Source: a bacterium (GTDB lineage Bacteria; Chloroflexota; Dormibacteria; Aeolococcales; Bog-877). From it: a DNA stretch of 64,000 nucleotides. This document shows, piece by piece, positions 17,180 to 26,570 of this stretch. Both the position numbers and the translations under genes were made by a program. The DNA lies in NCBI GenBank assembly GCA_021795235.1, contig JAJYPP010000001.1:131384-195383 (forward strand). Reading direction: 5' to 3'. How positions within the stretch are numbered: the first letter of the stretch is position 1; each line of letters begins with the position of its first letter. Below the pieces are notes generated by a model. It was given only the letters and a program-made list of their open reading frames with translations, was not told the origin of the DNA and made no database searches.

Positions 17180-19348
17180 TCAGCCGGCTTGGGCAGCCGG
17201 CGCGCTCGCCAGGAGCAGGTCCTGGCGGTGGTGCCAGTGGTCGTAGAAGCGGCGGAAGTTGAGGCGGCTGAGCCGCTCGCGCTCATCCGGGTCGGTGTCC
17301 TCCCAGCCTCGATGAGTGTGCATCACGGCCGGCAGCTCGGGGAGCCGGCGCTGGGTGAGGCCCCGGGAGCGCAGGTTAAGGCACAGGTCGAAGTCCAGCA
17401 TGCGGTAGAACCGGAACCGCTCGTCGAGCAGGCCCAGTTCCCCAAAACGGCTGCGGCGCAGGGCCAGGCAGTAGCCGTCGATGGCATCCACCTCCTGCTC
17501 CTCGGAGTCGAAGAACTCGCGCAGGTCCAGGGTGCGAGCCCCCCACCTCCCCACCGCGCCGACCTCAGGACTGGCCAGCGCTTCCGCGATGGGGCCGAAG
17601 GCGTCCCCAACCAGTTCCACGCCTGTATCCAGGATCAGCAGCACCCGGCCCCGGGCGGCCCTCACCGTGATGTTGCGGGCGGCCGCCTCCCCCAGGCGGT
17701 GGTCCGCGTGGAATGTGGTGAGGTTGAGTCCGCCGCTCGCCGCCCGCGCCAGAACCGGGCCGCAGTCGGGGGAGGCGTCGTTGTCGACCACCAGGACCTC
17801 CACCGAATGACCGTGGCGGTGGTCGCGGATGCTGGCCAGGCAGCGCCAGAGGTCCTCCGGGTACCCCTGGGTCACGATGCTGACTGAGACCTCGACGCGA
17901 TCTGGTTGACGGCGCTGGTCCACCACCTCCAGAGGGGATGAGATGAGCGCGCGGCGCAGGTCCATGGTGGTCGCTGACCGGTAGTCGGTTCCCTGGGGGC
18001 GATCCTCGGGAACAACCCGCATGCCGATCAGCGCCAGCCGGGCGGCGTCGGCCCTGGCGAAGTCCCGGGCGGCCCGCAGGTGCTCTCTGGTGGCGGCGAC
18101 TGACGTCCAGCTGCCAAAGGCGGGCCGTCCAACCGGCACTCGCTCCACCGCCAGGCCCAAGAACTCATCTGCCCGCCTCAGGCCGAGGGAGCGGGTGGCG
18201 GGTGAGAGGCCCCCATCCCGAGCAAAGCGGAACACCTCCGCCACCGCCTCCGGCAGGTCCAGGTCGTCCTCGAGAGCGGTCCGTACCTTCCCCTGCAGCC
18301 GTTGGGCCGTCACCTCGTCGCCGCCCTGCGGATCGGCGGCTGCGATTCTCCGCAGCCGTTGCAGCCCTCGTTCCGCCGCGGCCAGCGAGGCCAGGGTGAA
18401 ATTGAGCCGGGTGCGGTAGCGCACGGTGGCGCAGAGCAGGCGGAAGGACAGGGGGTCGAACCCGCGCTCCACCAGGTCGTCCACGGTGTAGACGTTGCCG
18501 GAGGACTTGGCCATCTTGATGCCGTCGGCCAGCAGGTGCTGGCCGTGCACCCAGAGCTGGACGAACTGCTCACCGGTCGCGGCCTGGCTCTGGGCGCGCT
18601 CGTCCTCATGGTGGGGGAAGATGTTGTCCACCCCACCGGTGTGGATGTCGATCCGCTCGCCCAGGTAGGCCATCGACATGGCCGAGCACTCGATGTGCCA
18701 GCCGGGAAAGCCGGGCCCGTAGGGGCTATCCCAGACCATCAGCTGGCGGCCCGGTTCGGCCTCTCGCCAGAGCGTGAAGTCTGCGGGATGGTGTTTGTCG
18801 GGATCGGGCTCGGCGCCGCCGCCGACTTGGAGCTGTTCCATGGAGTTGCCGGAGAGCCGCCCGTAGTCGGGATGGCTCTTGGTGTCGAAATACACTGTGC
18901 CGCCCACCCTATAGGCGAACCCGCGCTCCAGCAGCCGAGCGATGAGGTCCAGCATCTGGGGAACGTGGTCCGTGGCGCGGGGAAAGCGGTCGGCGGGCTC
19001 GATACCCATCTGAGCCTCGGCGCGGTGGAATTCATCCTCGAACTGTCTGGCGATCTCTGCGGGAGTGCGTCCGGCCGCCAGGGCTGCCGCGATCACCTTG
19101 TCGCCTCCGCGCTCCGCCATCTCCTGGCGCATGTGGCCGACGTCGGTGATGTTCTTCACGTGGAGCACCTGCCAGCCCTGCGCGCGGGCGGTGCGCTTGA
19201 TCCAATCCGCCATCAGATAGGTGCGCAGATTGCCGACATGGACGGATCGGTATACGGTGGGACCGCAGCTGTACATGGTGAGCCGGTCCGCCGTCAGCGG
19301 TCGCACCGGACGCAGCTCACGGGTGAAGGTGTCATAGAGCCGGAACAC
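17180..19348 (-). CDS. cysS: Cysteine-tRNA ligase fused to a C-terminal family-2 glycosyltransferase domain
   Basis: 722 aa. The N-terminal ~470 aa carry class-I aaRS motifs (CGPTVY..VHVGNLRTY, KMAKSSGN) and a CysRS-type C-terminal tail (ARDFARADAAR...PQGTDY). The last ~240 aa look like GT2 (VSIVT..., VVDNDASPD, ILDTGVEL). Confidence 0.8.
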   Translation of the reverse strand: MFRLYDTFTRELRPVRPLTADRLTMYSCGPTVYRSVHVGNLRTYLMADWIKRTARAQGWQVLHVKNITDVGHMRQEMAERGGDKVIAAALAAGRTPAEIARQFEDEFHRAEAQMGIEPADRFPRATDHVPQMLDLIARLLERGFAYRVGGTVYFDTKSHPDYGRLSGNSMEQLQVGGGAEPDPDKHHPADFTLWREAEPGRQLMVWDSPYGPGFPGWHIECSAMSMAYLGERIDIHTGGVDNIFPHHEDERAQSQAATGEQFVQLWVHGQHLLADGIKMAKSSGNVYTVDDLVERGFDPLSFRLLCATVRYRTRLNFTLASLAAAERGLQRLRRIAAADPQGGDEVTAQRLQGKVRTALEDDLDLPEAVAEVFRFARDGGLSPATRSLGLRRADEFLGLAVERVPVGRPAFGSWTSVAATREHLRAARDFARADAARLALIGMRVVPEDRPQGTDYRSATTMDLRRALISSPLEVVDQRRQPDRVEVSVSIVTQGYPEDLWRCLASIRDHRHGHSVEVLVVDNDASPDCGPVLARAASGGLNLTTFHADHRLGEAAARNITVRAARGRVLLILDTGVELVGDAFGPIAEALASPEVGAVGRWGARTLDLREFFDSEEQEVDAIDGYCLALRRSRFGELGLLDERFRFYRMLDFDLCLNLRSRGLTQRRLPELPAVMHTHRGWEDTDPDERERLSRLNFRRFYDHWHHRQDLLLASAPAAQAG

Positions 19349-19659
19349 GGATCGATGCTATCAGTGCCCTCCTGGGCCACAGACTTGGCGAGCCGGGGCC
19401 AGCGGCACTGGTGAGCAGCTCCAGAGTTCCACTGCAACACCGAGGGCGAGGAGTGGGCCCGCCGCGCCCGCACGCTGACATCTGAGTTCGAGGTCATCGC
19501 GGTCGTGGAGATGACCGCCGCCTGGTGGGACGGCTCGGCCGGGGAGACGGTGGGACCGGGCTCGCGGCGGGGGCGGCGCCCTCGGCACCGATAGAATGAC
19601 CTGATTCGCCTGAGTTCAGGTTCCCGCGGCCCACGGCCTGGGAGCCGCTGGAGGTCTTG

Positions 19660-20970
19660 ATGGCTGAGCTGGTCCAAAACCGGCTGGAGACTTTGGTCTC
19701 CTTGTGCAAGCGGCGGGGCTTTGTCTTCCCCAGCAGCGAGATCTACGGCGGCATCAACGCCGTCTACGACTTCGGCCCCCTGGGGGTTCGGCTCCGGCGG
19801 CGGATCCGTGATCTCTGGTGGCGAGAGATGGTCGAGCTGCGCGACGACATCGAGGGGGTGGAAGCCGCCATCCTCATGAACCCGATGGTCTGGCAGGCCT
19901 CCGGCCACATATCCAATTTCAGCGACCCTCTGGTGGACTGTCTGGGCGAGTGCCATCAGCGCTGGCGGGCGGATCACCTGGAGGGCGACCGCTGCCCCAA
20001 CTGTGGCGGCCCGCTCAGCAGCCCCAGGCAGTTCAACCTCATGTTCAAGACCTTCATCGGCCCGGTGGAGGAAGAGGGCTCGGTGGTGTACCTGCGCCCC
20101 GAGACCGCCCAGGGCATGTTCGTCAACTTCAAGAACATCCTGGGCACATCGCGGCAGCGGATCCCCTTCGGGATCGCCCAGATCGGGCGGAGCTTCCGCA
20201 ACGAGATTTCGACTGGGAATTTCATCTTCCGGCTGCGGGAGCTGGAGATGATGGAGATGGAGTGGTTCACCGAGCCCGGCGACGACGCCCGCTGGTTCGA
20301 GTACTGGTGCGAGCAGAGAATGGCCTGGCACCAGGGCCTCGGCATCCGCGCCGACAACCTCCGCCTGCGCCCCCACGGCGAGGATGAGAAGGCGCATTAC
20401 GCGCTCGCATCCTCGGACATCGAGTACCGATATCCCTGGGGCTGGGGGGAATTGGAGGGCATAGCCCGGCGGGGCGATTACGACCTCAGCCGTCACCAGG
20501 AGGTGAGCGGGAAGGACCTGCAGTACACGGACCCTGCCAGTGGGCGGCGATTCCTGCCCTTCGTGGTGGAGCCCGCCCTGGGCGTCGACCGGACCTTCCT
20601 GGCGCTGCTGCTGGACGCCTACTCCGAGGAGGTGGTGAAGGGGGAGACCAGGGTGGTCCTCCACCTCAACGCCAGGGTGGCCCCCTACCAGGTCGCGGTG
20701 CTGCCGCTCTCCAAGAAGCCGGAGTTGGCGGCTGTGGCCCGGCCGCTGGAACACGAGCTACGGGCTCGGTTCGCCACCGACTACGACGACACGGGATCGA
20801 TTGGCAAGCGCTACCGCCGCCAGGACGAGATCGGGACCCCGCTGGCGATCACTGTTGACTTCGAAACCCTGGACGACCATGCGGCCACGGTGCGCGACCG
20901 GGACACCATGGAGCAGGTGAGGGTCCCCTTGTCCAGGTTGGCGGAAGTCTGTGAGGAGCGTCTGGGTTGA
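19660..20970 (+). CDS. glyQS: Glycine-tRNA ligase (dimeric class II GlyQS type)
   Basis: LCKRRGFVFPSSEIYGG, FRNEISTGNFIFRLREFEMMEME-like motif, and a C-terminal anticodon-binding domain. ATG 19660 follows GGAGG. Confidence 0.9.
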   Translation: MAELVQNRLETLVSLCKRRGFVFPSSEIYGGINAVYDFGPLGVRLRRRIRDLWWREMVELRDDIEGVEAAILMNPMVWQASGHISNFSDPLVDCLGECHQRWRADHLEGDRCPNCGGPLSSPRQFNLMFKTFIGPVEEEGSVVYLRPETAQGMFVNFKNILGTSRQRIPFGIAQIGRSFRNEISTGNFIFRLRELEMMEMEWFTEPGDDARWFEYWCEQRMAWHQGLGIRADNLRLRPHGEDEKAHYALASSDIEYRYPWGWGELEGIARRGDYDLSRHQEVSGKDLQYTDPASGRRFLPFVVEPALGVDRTFLALLLDAYSEEVVKGETRVVLHLNARVAPYQVAVLPLSKKPELAAVARPLEHELRARFATDYDDTGSIGKRYRRQDEIGTPLAITVDFETLDDHAATVRDRDTMEQVRVPLSRLAEVCEERLG

Positions 20971-21036
20971 CCAGCCAGGGCGCGGGATCGGGCGCAACCC
21001 GCCGGTGGCGGCAGCGCCCTCTGAGGGGGATTGGCG

Positions 21037-21786
21037 ATGGCAAGTAGGGGAGTACTGGTGACTGGCGCCTCGCGTGGGATCGGGCGGGCCACGGCGCTGG
21101 CCTTCGCCCGAGCCGGCGACCGGGTGGCCGTCCACCACCGCGATTCCGAGCAGCTGGCCGAGCAGCTCCTGAGCGAGCTGCCCGGGTCCGGCCATGGGCT
21201 GGTGCAGGGGGACCTGGCGGATCCGGGCCAGGCGCGCCAGGTGGTTGAGGGGGCGGTCTCCCTGCTGGGGGGCCTTCAGGTGCTGGTCAACAACGCCGGG
21301 GTCAGCCTGCTCCATGACCTGACGAACATGGATTTCGAGGAATGGAGGGCGGCCTTCGACAGGACCGTGGCAGTCAATCTCAGCGGGGCCGCCTATGTCA
21401 CCTATTTCGCGGCGCGGCAGATGCTGGAGCGCGGCGGCGCGATCGTCAACGTCTCCTCTAGGGGCGCCTTCCGGGGTGAGCCCGGCCAGCCGGGATACGG
21501 CGCCAGCAAGGCGGGGCTCAACGCCTTCGGCCAATCCCTGGCGGTCGCGCTCGCGCCCCACGGGATCTCGGTTGCCACGGTGGCCCCGGGCTGGGTGGCG
21601 ACCGACATGTCCAACGAGGAGCTGAAGCGCCCTCGGGGAGCCGAGATCCTGGCCCAAAGCCCATTCCACCGGATCGCGGAACCAGAGGAGGTGGCGGCCG
21701 CGATCCTCTTCCTGGCCTCTGACGAGGCCAAGTTCGCCAGCGGCTCAGTCCTCGACGTGAACGGCGCCTCCTACCTCAGGACCTGA
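21037..21786 (+). CDS. Short-chain dehydrogenase/reductase (FabG-like)
   Basis: TGASRGIG Rossmann motif, NNAG, and the catalytic YGASK. Confidence 0.85.
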   Translation: MASRGVLVTGASRGIGRATALAFARAGDRVAVHHRDSEQLAEQLLSELPGSGHGLVQGDLADPGQARQVVEGAVSLLGGLQVLVNNAGVSLLHDLTNMDFEEWRAAFDRTVAVNLSGAAYVTYFAARQMLERGGAIVNVSSRGAFRGEPGQPGYGASKAGLNAFGQSLAVALAPHGISVATVAPGWVATDMSNEELKRPRGAEILAQSPFHRIAEPEEVAAAILFLASDEAKFASGSVLDVNGASYLRT

Positions 21787-21840
21787 GGCGACGGTCTGGC
21801 CCTTGGACCGCGGTACCGGCACTCCGCTCTCGGGTCCAGA

Positions 21841-23115
21841 TCAGTGCGACAGCCATCGAGCGAGCTGGGTGCGCACGTCAGAGGTCGGGGAGGGCCCGTC
21901 CAGGGTCCGGCTGGTCTCGGCGATGTAGTCGGTGTCCTTCAGCTGATTGCCGGTCAGGATCGCCACCACCTCGGACGAGGTGGGGATCTCCCCTGCCTGC
22001 CGCAGCTGCCGGACGCCGGCCACCGCCGCCGCGGAGGCAGGCTCGCAGCCGATTCCCTCGCTGGCGAGTTGGCGCTTGGCCTCCGCGATCTCCTCCTCGG
22101 AGACCGCCGCCGTGAGCCCGTTGGTCATCTCCAGGACGCGCCGCGCCCGCCGCCAGTTGGCCGGACTGCCGATCCTGATGGCCGTCGCCCTGGTAGCGGG
22201 CTTCTCCTCCGGGGTCAGCTCGGTGGCGCCGCTGCGCCACATTTGGTGGAAGGGACTGGCTCCCTTGGCCTGGGTCACCAGGATCCGGGGCATCCGGTCC
22301 AGCCACCCCAGTTCTCGCAGCTCGCGCAGACCCTTGCCCAGGGCGGAGCAGTTGCCCAGGTTGCCTCCCGGCAGAGCGAGAAAGTCAGGAGCCCGCCACC
22401 CCCGTTGCTCCAGGATCTCCAAGACGGCGGTCTTCTGTCCCTCGATCCGCAGCGGGTTGATCGAGTTGACCAGGTAGAGCCCGAACTCGGGCGCGAGATC
22501 GCGCAGGGCCTGGAAGGCTTGGTCGAAGGTCTCGCCTGCCTCCAGGATCAGTGACCCGAAGTCTGCTGCCTGCGCCAGCTTGGCCCGGGACACGGCTCCC
22601 TTGGGGACGAGCACCACCGAGCGCAGCCCGGCTCTGGCGGCGTAGGCCGCCATGGAAGAGGAGGTGTTGCCGGTGGAGGCGCAGGCCACGACCGGCCTTC
22701 CCAGGCGGGCCGCCTCGGAGATGGCGACCGTCATCCCCAGGTCCTTGAAGGAGCCCGTGGGGTTGCCGCCAAGGTGCTTGGTCGTCAGCCGGGCCACCCC
22801 TGCCCAGGCGGCGGTTGAAGGGGCCTCCGGCATTGGCGTGCCGCCCTCTCCGAGCGTGATCGGTGGCGCTTCGCCGAATTCGGGCAGCAGCTCTCGAAAC
22901 CTCCATACCCCGCTTCGATCCGAGGGCGCCGCCGAACCAAGCCGGGATCTCCAGAGCTCCCTCCATCTGGAGCTGGCGGTGGCCTCCAGCTCGTAGGCGA
23001 ACTCGAGCAGACCTCCGCAGGAATCGCACCGGGTCAGAGCGGAGTCGCGGTCGGCCACGGCCTTGCACCCCGGTTCGGCGCAGACCAGCCGGCAGGCGCT
23101 CACCGACGACCCCAC
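21841..23115 (-). CDS. Threonine synthase family PLP enzyme (stand-alone paralog)
   Basis: N-terminal Cys-rich ribbon (C..C...C..C), PLP-lysine motif PTGSFKDLG, and a tryptophan-synthase-beta-like fold. Confidence 0.75.
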   Translation of the reverse strand: MGSSVSACRLVCAEPGCKAVADRDSALTRCDSCGGLLEFAYELEATASSRWRELWRSRLGSAAPSDRSGVWRFRELLPEFGEAPPITLGEGGTPMPEAPSTAAWAGVARLTTKHLGGNPTGSFKDLGMTVAISEAARLGRPVVACASTGNTSSSMAAYAARAGLRSVVLVPKGAVSRAKLAQAADFGSLILEAGETFDQAFQALRDLAPEFGLYLVNSINPLRIEGQKTAVLEILEQRGWRAPDFLALPGGNLGNCSALGKGLRELRELGWLDRMPRILVTQAKGASPFHQMWRSGATELTPEEKPATRATAIRIGSPANWRRARRVLEMTNGLTAAVSEEEIAEAKRQLASEGIGCEPASAAAVAGVRQLRQAGEIPTSSEVVAILTGNQLKDTDYIAETSRTLDGPSPTSDVRTQLARWLSH

Positions 23116-23452
23116 TTGGCGAGATCGGCCGTGGCCCCACTGGCGGATGTGAGCGACGGTGGTTGGGCAGAAGACCTCGGCGCGCTCTGCACGGTGATCA
23201 AGGGCGCGGAACCACGGTAAGCCACCTGGAAAGACTACTCACTTGGCGCCCAGCTTCGAGAAAACTGCGATCCGACCCGGGCGGACAGTCATTGATCGAG
23301 CCCGGCGACGGGAAAGATTGGGGTGGTGGGCCGACCGCGACACCCACGGCCGCACGCCTCTTGTCCAAGCGGGCCGGGAGCGGGCCCGGGCGTCCGAGAA
23401 AGCGTTGCTTTCGAGTGGCACTCAATGTCGGCCTGCCCCGCACAGGGATGAG

Positions 23453-23460
23453 TGTATAAT
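23453..23460 (+). promoter_or_regulatory. Candidate extended -10 promoter TGTATAAT
   Basis: Perfect TGnTATAAT in a locally AT-rich patch, ~270 nt upstream of the icd start. Confidence 0.4.
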
Positions 23461-23733
23461 GAAATGGTATTCGTGAGTTCGGGAGCGTAGAACCTCCGTG
23501 GTTGATCAACCTGCGTCCGCCACCAACATGGCGAATTCGGCCGCATCGGCGCTGGGCTGCCGAGTCGCCGTCCGGCTCGATGCCGGGGCGGGGTCCTCAG
23601 AGGCCGGCCAAGGATTGGTGGTCCGGCCCCTATTGATGAGCTGGAACCTGGTTCGGCCGGCAGCTTGGTTGCGCTGTCCGGTGGCGCTCAAGCCGGGCGG
23701 CATCGCGGCCTTGCTCGGGATCCCTGCGCTGTG

Positions 23734-25239
23734 ATGACCAGCGTTGGTGCCGTTACCGGGGCTCCCAGCAAGGAGCTGAAGGTGACTGCTGACGCGGCGC
23801 TCGCGGTTCCCATCACCGTCGCCTACGGCGACGGCATCGGTCCCGAGATCATGGAGGCCACCCTGCGGATCATCACCGCTGGAGGCGCCAACCTGGCGCT
23901 GGAGGAGGTCTCGATCGGGGAGACGGTCTACCAGCAGGGCATCACGGCCGGGATCGAGCCGGCGGCGTGGAACTCCTTGCGGCGGACCAAGGTGTTCCTG
24001 AAAGCCCCGATCACCACCCCCCAGGGGGGCGGGTTCAAGAGTCTGAACGTCACGGTCCGCAAGACGCTCGGGCTCTTCGCCAACGTCCGGCCCTGCCCGT
24101 CGTACGCGCCCTTCGTGGCGACCAAGCACCCTGGCATGGATGTCGTGATCGTTCGCGAGAACGAGGAGGACCTGTACGGCGGGATCGAGCACCGCCAAAC
24201 CGAGGATGTGACCCAGTGCCTGAAGCTGATCACGCGGCCAGGGAGCGAGCGACTGATCCGGTACGCGTTCGAGTACGCCCGCCGATACGGTCGTTCCAAG
24301 GTGAGCTGCTTCACCAAGGACAACATCATGAAGTTGACCGATGGGCTGTTCCACCGGGTATTCGATGAGGTCGCCGCAGAGTACCCGGAGCTGGAATCCG
24401 AGCATCTTATCGTCGACATCGGGGCCGCCAGACTGGCGGATACTCCTGACGCCTTTGACGTCATCGTGCTGCCGAACCTCTATGGGGACATCATCTCCGA
24501 CGTAGCTGCGCAGATCGCGGGTTCGGTCGGGATGGCCGGCAGCGCCAACGTCGGCACCGGCATCGCGATGTTCGAGGCGATCCACGGTTCCGCTCCCCGT
24601 CTGGCCGGATACCACCTGGCCAATCCTTCCGGCCTGCTGCTGGGGGCGGTGCAGATGCTGGTCCACATCGGCCAGGGTGAGGCGGGGTCACGGGTGCACA
24701 ACGCGTGGCTGCGAACGATCGAGGACGGGATCCACACCCCTGACATCTACGACTCGTCCGTGTCCACGGCCGAGGTCGGCACCACCGACTTCGCCGACGC
24801 GGTCATCGCCCGCTTGGGGGCGGTGCCCAACACCCTGCGGGCTGTCAACTACCCGTCTCACTCCGAACCGATTGCCGTCCAGGTCCGGTCCCGCCCCCCG
24901 GCGCGGAAGGAGTTGGTGGGGATGGATGTGTTCCTCGAGTCGCGTGCTCCGGTCGCGGAGCTGGCGAAGGACCTCGAAGCGAACGCGGGACCAGACCTCA
25001 AGCTGGTGATGATCAGCAACCGCGGTCAGAAGGTCTACCCGGACGGGGTGCCAGAAACCTTCTGCGTCGATCACTGGCGATGCCGCTTCCAGGCCGTCCA
25101 GCCGGGTGGGTCGGTCACCCACACCCAGGTCATTGACCTGCTGAGCCGGCTTGCCGGCGGCGGCCTGCAGTTCATCAAGGCCGAGGGCCTGTTCACCTTC
25201 GATGGCCATGCCGGCTTCTCCCTCGGCCAGGGACAGTGA
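23734..25239 (+). CDS. icd: Isocitrate dehydrogenase (isocitrate/isopropylmalate dehydrogenase family) with a C-terminal extension
   Basis: YGDGIGPEI, SLNVTVRK..LFANVRP, VIVRENEEDLY, NLYGDIISD, EAIHGSAP. ATG 23734 is chosen. Confidence 0.8.
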   Translation: MTSVGAVTGAPSKELKVTADAALAVPITVAYGDGIGPEIMEATLRIITAGGANLALEEVSIGETVYQQGITAGIEPAAWNSLRRTKVFLKAPITTPQGGGFKSLNVTVRKTLGLFANVRPCPSYAPFVATKHPGMDVVIVRENEEDLYGGIEHRQTEDVTQCLKLITRPGSERLIRYAFEYARRYGRSKVSCFTKDNIMKLTDGLFHRVFDEVAAEYPELESEHLIVDIGAARLADTPDAFDVIVLPNLYGDIISDVAAQIAGSVGMAGSANVGTGIAMFEAIHGSAPRLAGYHLANPSGLLLGAVQMLVHIGQGEAGSRVHNAWLRTIEDGIHTPDIYDSSVSTAEVGTTDFADAVIARLGAVPNTLRAVNYPSHSEPIAVQVRSRPPARKELVGMDVFLESRAPVAELAKDLEANAGPDLKLVMISNRGQKVYPDGVPETFCVDHWRCRFQAVQPGGSVTHTQVIDLLSRLAGGGLQFIKAEGLFTFDGHAGFSLGQGQ

Positions 25240-25498
25240 GCTTGGGCCCGACCGGGAGCGTCGCGCGCCTACCTCAGCAGACGGAGTGCCGGCCCGGCAT
25301 CCCAGAGCGGCAGGCCCGGGACCCGGTTGCGAAGACCGAGGGCCCAGGCAGCGATCGTGAACTGCGGGCAGCGTGGCCGGCCCGCCCGATCAGGCTCCGG
25401 CGACCTCGGCATCAGCCTCATGGTGTTGGCCGATTTCTCCACCACCGGTTCCGGGCCGCCCGCAGTTCGTCCAGTGCGGGCCGGGGCCCGGCCCGGAT

Positions 25499-25807
25499 TC
25501 ATCCAGTCTTCTTTGATGGACGACCAGGCTCGGTCAACACCCGGAGTAGCTCCCCGACGTGATGGGTCTGCTCGAGCGGGTGGCGGAGAGGGAGGCTGCC
25601 GTTCAACTCGTAGCGGTTCCGGCGGCCCTCCCGAGACCTGGTGACGTACCCCGCCGCCACCAGGTCCGCGATGAGGCTCTGCGCGGCCCGCTCCGTGATG
25701 CCAACCTGGGCAGCGATGTCCCGGCCCCGCATCTGGGGATCACGCGCGATGCACAGCAGCACATGCCCGTGGTTGGTCAGAAAGGTCCATGTCGCTTCGC
25801 CAGTCAT
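25499..25807 (-). CDS. Winged helix-turn-helix transcriptional regulator (ArsR/MarR-like)
   Basis: 102 aa. HTH segment RDIAAQVGITERAAQSLIADLVAAGYV. Confidence 0.6.
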   Translation of the reverse strand: MTGEATWTFLTNHGHVLLCIARDPQMRGRDIAAQVGITERAAQSLIADLVAAGYVTRSREGRRNRYELNGSLPLRHPLEQTHHVGELLRVLTEPGRPSKKTG

Positions 25808-26392
25808 CAGGTTGTCAGGATTCTAATTCACGAAAGCACGAGCGGGTACGATTCGGCACCCAGCGGCAGGACCGCTCAGAGAAGTGAATCCCGCCCAGGC
25901 GGGCGGAGTGCACCTTGGAGTGCGCCGGGGGCGGGGGAGGGTCGGGCCGACGGTCGCCGGGGCGGAACTCCCGGATACTTCACCCGGGACCCCGGCTTAC
26001 GAACCCAATTTCGTGAGAGGTGGCGCACATGTTGATGATGTGTGAAGCGGGAGGGCCGATCGGCCGGTCCCACGACCGCGCACCTGCATCCACGAGGCTG
26101 GCTGCCTGGGCCCGGGTTCCCATTTCCGTCGCCCGGGATCCGGGCGTGCGGCACTGGGATTCCGCCGCTGCGGGCGGTGGCCGGGGATTGGACAGCCCAG
26201 CCGACAAGTCGCAGATTGAGCGGCACCCAAGGTGTCGTGGTCCCCGACCGGTCGACGAACGAAGGGCCCCTGGTCCTACCCGCGCCCGCTCGCCACGTGG
26301 GCCAGAGGTCCCCACCCCTGCTTGAGGATCAACATGACCAAATGCGAGCGCAAGCCCCTGGCTTCAGACATGGGGTCGAGGGAGCCACGAAG

Positions 26393-26401
26393 TGGTACAA
26401 T
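26393..26401 (+). promoter_or_regulatory. Candidate extended -10 promoter TGGTACAAT
   Basis: TGnTAnAAT motif inside a long non-coding interval, followed by a hairpin-rich leader. Confidence 0.35.
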
Positions 26402-26570
26402 GAAAGCCTCGACATGGAGCGCGGCTCCACCTCCAGGGCTTCGGGGGTTGCCGGTGTCGAGGCTGCCAGAGAACCCACGAGTCAGCTGCTATGCGGCGGT
26501 ACCGGAAGCGGGGCTTCCGGACAGAGTGGGTCGGCTAAAGCCAGTACAACCCCGGCCTACGGCGGGGACG

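Noticed and set aside
19540-19600. GGUGGGACCGGG upstream of glyQS, resembling the T-box sequence GGUGGUACCGCG.
   Set aside because: No Stem I features (GA/K-turn, AGAGA, specifier loop with GGC) or terminator/sequestrator partner are evident. A TAGAAT -10-like hexamer lies downstream of it, which would exclude it from the glyQS transcript.
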